Assembly (NCBI RefSeq): GCF_000007985.2
Contig: NC_002939.5
Span: forward strand, 2,640,001-2,672,000
DNA: 32,000 nt
Source of the DNA: Geobacter sulfurreducens PCA
Lineage (GTDB): Bacteria; Desulfobacterota; Desulfuromonadia; Geobacterales; Geobacteraceae
Direction: 5' to 3'
The stretch's first letter is position 1, and the number at the start of each line of letters is the position of its first letter. Positions 27,496 through 32,000 of the stretch are shown in pieces. The translations under genes and the position numbers were made by a program. The notes beneath the pieces are model-generated. The model saw only the letters and a list, made by a program, of their open reading frames with translations, searched no databases and was not told the DNA's origin.

Positions 27496-29957
27496 GACGA
27501 TTGCCCCCCCTCGAGGGCGGGCGCGGGAGCCCCGGACTCCTTCTTCTCGTCTTTCTCGCCGGACGAGCCGAATTTCTTCATGCTCTCGATCATTTCCCGC
27601 AGCCGGCGATCCACCAGGAAGTTGACGGTCCCCTCCGGGTAGCTGCCGTCCTCCTGCAGGGCGCCGGCCGGAACGCCGGTCAGGATCTCGATCCCCTCGT
27701 CAATGGTGGATACGCTCCAGATGTGGAATTTCCCCTCACGCACCGCCTGCACCACCTCGTCGCTCAGCATCAGGTGCCGCTCGTTGGACGCGGGGATCAT
27801 GACCCCCTGGTCGCCGGTGAGCCCACGGGACTTGCAGACGGCGTAAAAGCCCTCGATCTTGTAGTTTACGCCGCCGATGGGCTGGACCATGCCGTGCTGG
27901 TTGACGCTGCCGGTCACGGCGATTCCCTGTTTGATGGGAACACCCGAGAAGGCCGAGAGGAGGCAGTAGAGTTCCGTGGACGAGGCGCTGTCTCCCTCGA
28001 CCCCTTCGTAGTTCTGCTCGAAGCAGATGGAGGCGGAAAAAGAGAGGGGCTTGTCATGGGCGAACTTCCCGCCCAGGTAGCCGGTGAGGATCAGGACCCC
28101 CTTGTCGTGGATGGGGCCCGAGAGCTTCACCTCGCGCTCGATGTTGACCATGCCGGCCCGCCCCAGCCAGACCCGGGACGTGACCCGGGACGGGCGGCCG
28201 AAGGTGTGATCCCCCACGGTCATGACCGCCAGGCCGTTGATCTGCCCCACTGCCGCGCCGTCGGTGTCCACCATGATGGTCCCATCGTCGAAGAGCTCCT
28301 GCATCCGCTCCTCGATCCGGTTACTCCGGTAGATCTTCTGCTCGATGGCGCGGGTCACGTGGCCATGATCAACCACCTGGCTGCCGTCCTTGCCGGCCCA
28401 GTAACTCGCCTCGCGGATCAGGTCGGCGATCTCCATGAACTGCGATGAGAGCTTGTTCTGGTCCTCCACCAGCCGGGCCGAGTACTCGATGAGCCCGGCC
28501 ACGCCGCTCCGGTCGAAGGGGAGCAGCTTCTCGTTCTTGCAGTGGGTGGCCACGAACAGAGCATAGTCCTTGATCACCTCGGACGTGCGGGCGATGCGGC
28601 TGTCGAAATCGGCCTTCACCTTGAAGAACTTGCGGTAGTCGGGCTCCAGGTGGAAGAGGAGGTAGTAGATCCACGGCGACCCGATCATGATGATCTTGGC
28701 CTGCAGGGGGACCGACTCGGGCTTCATGGAAACCGTGGTGATGAAGCGGTACTGCTCCAGGGGGTCCTCGATCTTGATCTCGGCGTTGCGGATGCAGCGC
28801 TTGAGGGAATCCCAGGAGAAGGGGTTCATCAGAACTTCCCGGGCATCCACGATCAGGTAGCCGCCGTTGGCCCGGTGGAGCGCCCCCGGCTTGATGAGGG
28901 TGAAGTTGGTGGTGGCCATGCCCCCCATCTGCATCACGTGCTCGATGCGGCCGAACAGGTTGTTGTAGGTGGGGTTGGGCTCGAACACCACCGGCGCCCC
29001 CTCGGTCTCATGGTTGTCCACGAAGACATTCACCTGGTAGCGCTCGAAGGAGGGCTCCTGGCGGGGGAGCTTGAGCCCCGGAATGGGAGACTGAACCGGC
29101 TGCTGGGGCTTGAAGTCCTCAAGGTTGGCGATGATGTCCTCCTGCACCGCGTTCAGGTACTCCACCACCGCGGGGTTGTCGCCGTACTTCTCCCGCAGGG
29201 GGTCCAGGTGATGCCCCACCGTGGCGTTGCCCAGGTCGCGGTCCAGCTGGGCCAGGGCGTCCTTGGTCTGCTTCTCGTTCTCGCGCACCTGGCGGAGCAC
29301 GTCGTTCAGCTTGTCGGTCAGCTCCTGCCCGATCTGGCTGATCCGCTCCTTCTCCTCCTCCGGCAGGGCCTCGTACTCCTCCTGGGTGAAGTTGCGGTCC
29401 TCCTTCTGGGGAACCATCACCAGCCCCGACACGGTCCGCTGGAGCGCGAACCCCTTGTCCTGGGCCTCGGTCTCCAGGGTCGAAAAGAGCTCGTTATTGT
29501 GCTCCTGGTACGACTCGACAATGGTTGCCTTGTTGGTCTCGTACTCCTTGCTGTCCAGGGCCTTGGGGATGACCGAACGGACCGCGGAGATCAGCTCCCG
29601 CATGTCCTGCTCCAGCTCGCTCCCCTTGCCCGCCGGCAGCGCCAGGGCGATGGGGAGGTCCGGCGTCTTGAAGTTGTTGACGTAGACCCAGTCCGAGGGG
29701 GTCGGCTCGCCCTTTGCCCGTTTCTTCAGGATGTTCTTGACGGTGGAGCTGCGGCCGGTGCCGGGCTCCCCGGCCAGGAACAGGTTGAACCCGCTCTCGC
29801 GGATGCCGAGGCCGAAATCGATGGATGCCAGGGCCCGGGCCTGGCCGAGGGTCCCCTCCAGCTCGGGCAGATCATCGGTGGTGGTGAATTCGAACTGATC
29901 TGGATCGCAGATCCAGCGGAGCTTCTCGACGGGGAGTTTCAGACGGTCAGTGGACAC
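27492..29957 (-). CDS. Lon-like ATP-dependent protease (LonB/COG1067-type: AAA+ domain plus S16 protease domain, 821 aa)
   Basis: GTG start (29955-29957) after AAGGAGG. Walker A GEPGTGRSS. The C-terminal Lon protease domain has a Ser-Lys dyad context (EGDSASSTELYCLLSA ... GGVNYKIEGF). Confidence 0.85.
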   Translation of the reverse strand: MSTDRLKLPVEKLRWICDPDQFEFTTTDDLPELEGTLGQARALASIDFGLGIRESGFNLFLAGEPGTGRSSTVKNILKKRAKGEPTPSDWVYVNNFKTPDLPIALALPAGKGSELEQDMRELISAVRSVIPKALDSKEYETNKATIVESYQEHNNELFSTLETEAQDKGFALQRTVSGLVMVPQKEDRNFTQEEYEALPEEEKERISQIGQELTDKLNDVLRQVRENEKQTKDALAQLDRDLGNATVGHHLDPLREKYGDNPAVVEYLNAVQEDIIANLEDFKPQQPVQSPIPGLKLPRQEPSFERYQVNVFVDNHETEGAPVVFEPNPTYNNLFGRIEHVMQMGGMATTNFTLIKPGALHRANGGYLIVDAREVLMNPFSWDSLKRCIRNAEIKIEDPLEQYRFITTVSMKPESVPLQAKIIMIGSPWIYYLLFHLEPDYRKFFKVKADFDSRIARTSEVIKDYALFVATHCKNEKLLPFDRSGVAGLIEYSARLVEDQNKLSSQFMEIADLIREASYWAGKDGSQVVDHGHVTRAIEQKIYRSNRIEERMQELFDDGTIMVDTDGAAVGQINGLAVMTVGDHTFGRPSRVTSRVWLGRAGMVNIEREVKLSGPIHDKGVLILTGYLGGKFAHDKPLSFSASICFEQNYEGVEGDSASSTELYCLLSAFSGVPIKQGIAVTGSVNQHGMVQPIGGVNYKIEGFYAVCKSRGLTGDQGVMIPASNERHLMLSDEVVQAVREGKFHIWSVSTIDEGIEILTGVPAGALQEDGSYPEGTVNFLVDRRLREMIESMKKFGSSGEKDEKKESGAPAPALEGGQSS

Positions 29958-30679
29958 GGTGGCCTCCTTGAAGTGGTTGACGGTGCATGAACATCATCGC
30001 ATGACGAAGGTTGAACGGCATCACGGGGCTGCTCCGGCAGGGCGTCGGCCGGCAGCCCGGCAAAGGGGGCGGCAACCGCGGCCTTGGCCTCGGCCACGGT
30101 GATCGCCCGGCCCGCTTCACGAGACAGGGTGGTGACCGGGCAGCCCACGATGCCGCAGGGGTGGATGCGGCTGAAGGGGGCCAGATCGTTGCAGATGTTG
30201 AGGGCGAAGCCGTGCATGGTAACCCAGCGCCGGACCCCGACCCCGATGGAGGCCAGCTTTCCCCCCTCGGTCCAGATGCCGGTCCGGCCGGCTACCCGCC
30301 AGGCCTGCACGCCCAAAGACGCGGCCGCGTCCATCAGCACCTGTTCCAGAAAACGGAGGTACCGGTGCAGATCCCGGCCCCGGCATCCCAGGTCCAGGAT
30401 GGGGTAGCCCACCAGCTGGCCGGGGCCGTGCCAGGTCACGTCGCCGCCCCGGTTGATCTCCACGGGGCGCACCGACGGGTCCGGAAGACTCCCGCCATCG
30501 CCGCGCCGGCCCAGGGTATAGACCGGCGGATGCTCCAGCAGGAGCAGCGTCTCCTCCGCGCGGCCGGCGGCCACGTCGGCAGCGAGCCGCTCCTGGAGGG
30601 CAAAGGCCTCGGCGTACTCCATGGCGGCGAGATCCACGATCTTCACGGCACCCCCCCTGCCCGGAAACCGCATCATCAT
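29939..30679 (-). CDS. lipB: Octanoyltransferase LipB
   Basis: LipB motifs are LLLLEHPPVYTLGRR, NRGGDVTWHGPGQLVGYPIL, KLASIGVGVRRWVTMHGFALN and PCG. The ATG overlaps the E2 stop (ATGA). The 3' end overlaps the Lon-like start by 19 nt. Confidence 0.88.
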   Translation of the reverse strand: MMMRFPGRGGAVKIVDLAAMEYAEAFALQERLAADVAAGRAEETLLLLEHPPVYTLGRRGDGGSLPDPSVRPVEINRGGDVTWHGPGQLVGYPILDLGCRGRDLHRYLRFLEQVLMDAAASLGVQAWRVAGRTGIWTEGGKLASIGVGVRRWVTMHGFALNICNDLAPFSRIHPCGIVGCPVTTLSREAGRAITVAEAKAAVAAPFAGLPADALPEQPRDAVQPSSCDDVHAPSTTSRRPPCPLTV

Positions 30680-31932
30680 ACCAGCATCAGCACCGGATTC
30701 TCCAGCACCCTCCGCAATTCGCCCAGGAATTGGGCCGCATAGGCCCCGTCCACCACCCGATGGTCGCAGGAAAGGGTCGCCCGCATGGTCCGGGCGACCG
30801 CCAGCTGCCCATCCCGCACCACGGGCCGGTCCGCCACGGCACCCACGGCCAGGATCGCTGCCTGGGGCGGCATGATCACGGCGGCAAACTCATCGATGCC
30901 GTACATCCCCAGGTTCGAAACGCTGAAGGTGCCGCCGGAAATCTCCTCCTGGGTGATGGCGCCGCTCCGGGCCCGCTCGGCCAGGCGCACGGTCTGGAGG
31001 GCGATCTCCTTCAGGGCCAGCGACTGACACCCCTTCACCACCGGCACCTGCAGCCCCTCCTCCATGGCCACGGCAAAGCCGATGTTCACCTCCCGGTGAG
31101 CAACGACACCTCCGTCCCGGAACGAGGCGTTCATCCGGGGAAACTGCACCAGGGCCAGGGCGGCGGCCTTGAGCACCAGGTCGTTGTAGGTCACGGCGTT
31201 GCCGCTCCCCTTCAGTTCCCGGACGATCTCACCGGCCTCCTTCATGTCGATCTCGACGGTCTCGTAGAAATGGGGGATGGTGCGCCACGCCTCGGCCGTG
31301 ATCCGGGCGATGGCGCCCCGCATGCGCGTCATAGGCTCGGCCTCGGGCGGAGCGGGAGATTCGCCCGCAGAGACCTGCCCTGCCTGCGCCGCCGGGGGCT
31401 CCTCATTCGCCGCAACCTGATCCAGGTCCTCCATCAGAATGCGCCCCTCGGGGCCGCTCCCCCTCACCTGGTGCAGGTCGATGCCCTTCTCGCGCGCTAG
31501 GCGGCGCACGGCGGGAGAGGCCTTGGTATCGTCGCCCGGCGGCAGGGGAGCCGGCGGCGCCGATGCTTCGGGCAACTCCAGCACCCGCTCCGGGATCTCA
31601 GGCTCCGCCCCGTTCGCCGGCGCCTCCGGTGGCGGCTGCCAGTCGGCCAGCTCCGGGGGGGCGGCTGCGGCCTTCTCCGTCGGCTTAACCTCATCCGCCC
31701 CGCCGATCACGCCGATAACCGTGCCCACGTTCACCAGCTCGCCGGGCTTCACCCGCTGCTCCGCCAGAACGCCCGAGGCGAACGCCTCCAGCTCCATGGT
31801 GGCCTTGTCGGTCTCTACCTCGGCGATGATGTCGCCCCGCTCAACCCGGTCGCCCACCCCTTTCTTCCAGGCGACGAGACGGCCTTCGGTCATGGTGTCG
31901 GAGAGCTTGGGCATGGTGATGTCGGTTGCCAT
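30676..31932 (-). CDS. 2-oxoacid dehydrogenase E2 (dihydrolipoamide acyltransferase, 418 aa)
   Basis: Lipoyl domain with VETDKATMELEA, a Pro/Ala linker, the E3/E1-binding domain (ASPAVRRLAREKGIDLHQVRGSGPEGRI), and a catalytic domain ending in SCDHRVVDGA. Substrate specificity cannot be assigned from the sequence alone. Confidence 0.88.
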   Translation of the reverse strand: MATDITMPKLSDTMTEGRLVAWKKGVGDRVERGDIIAEVETDKATMELEAFASGVLAEQRVKPGELVNVGTVIGVIGGADEVKPTEKAAAAPPELADWQPPPEAPANGAEPEIPERVLELPEASAPPAPLPPGDDTKASPAVRRLAREKGIDLHQVRGSGPEGRILMEDLDQVAANEEPPAAQAGQVSAGESPAPPEAEPMTRMRGAIARITAEAWRTIPHFYETVEIDMKEAGEIVRELKGSGNAVTYNDLVLKAAALALVQFPRMNASFRDGGVVAHREVNIGFAVAMEEGLQVPVVKGCQSLALKEIALQTVRLAERARSGAITQEEISGGTFSVSNLGMYGIDEFAAVIMPPQAAILAVGAVADRPVVRDGQLAVARTMRATLSCDHRVVDGAYAAQFLGELRRVLENPVLMLV

Positions 31933-31947
31933 GAGGATATCCCTTTC

Positions 31948-32000
31948 TCAGTACGTTCCGCTCAGCGTCTCCCGCACCGCCGCGGCGATCGTCTCCGGTT
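31948..32000 (-). CDS. 3' end of an upstream ORF, probably the 2-oxoacid dehydrogenase E1 beta subunit (partial)
   Basis: The minus-strand frame reads ...PETIAAAVRETLSGTY-stop (stop at 31948-31950), 15 nt upstream of the E2 ATG. The assignment rests on operon context only, since just 17 codons are visible. Confidence 0.35.
   Translation of the reverse strand, partial: PETIAAAVRETLSGTY

Noticed and set aside
27492-29957. The Lon-like protease as a BREX BrxL-type or other phage-defence component.
   Set aside because: No methyltransferase, PglX/PglZ, BrxA/B/C or other defence genes are adjacent. The neighbours are lipoate/2-oxoacid dehydrogenase genes, a cytochrome c and NfeD/SPFH, all housekeeping-like with native-looking composition.

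Overview
This is a GC-rich, gene-dense chromosomal window. Gene content and order resemble a Geobacter-like (Desulfuromonadota) genome, but that is an inference from memory and cannot be verified here.

From left to right the window holds:
- a secreted pentapeptide-repeat protein (partial at the window edge);
- a minus-strand heat-shock locus: three divergent tandem Hsp20 genes, a low-GC pocket with two tiny ORFs, then cbpA-cbpM;
- trmO;
- a diadenylate-cyclase (DAC) domain protein with an uncharacterised N-terminal region of about 230 aa;
- a YbbA/YbbP-type ABC pair plus a TesA-like SGNH lipoprotein.

The stand-out is an eight-gene, translationally coupled plus-strand operon (about 10.35-16.69 kb). 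Its order is cheW, V4R-like protein, cytoplasmic [NiFe]-hydrogenase small and large subunits, 2x[4Fe-4S] ferredoxin, a second V4R-like protein, maturation endopeptidase, and a soluble poly-HAMP chemoreceptor with a duplicated signalling tip. A sigma28-like promoter and an intrinsic terminator bracket it. I read this as a candidate hydrogenase-based H2/redox taxis module. To my knowledge that kind of coupling has not been characterised experimentally.

The rest of the window contains a small orphan ORF, metY, an exported nitroreductase-fold protein with a Pro-rich tail, a DUF3467-like protein, pyruvate carboxylase and a parvulin-type PPIase. It ends with a long minus-strand operon: E1beta (partial), E2, lipB, a Lon-like protease, a monohaem cytochrome c, NfeD and SPFH.

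I saw no rRNA, tRNA, CRISPR array or mobile element. All calls come from reading the ORF translations, motifs and local DNA. No searches or computations were run, so family names are motif-level recognitions.
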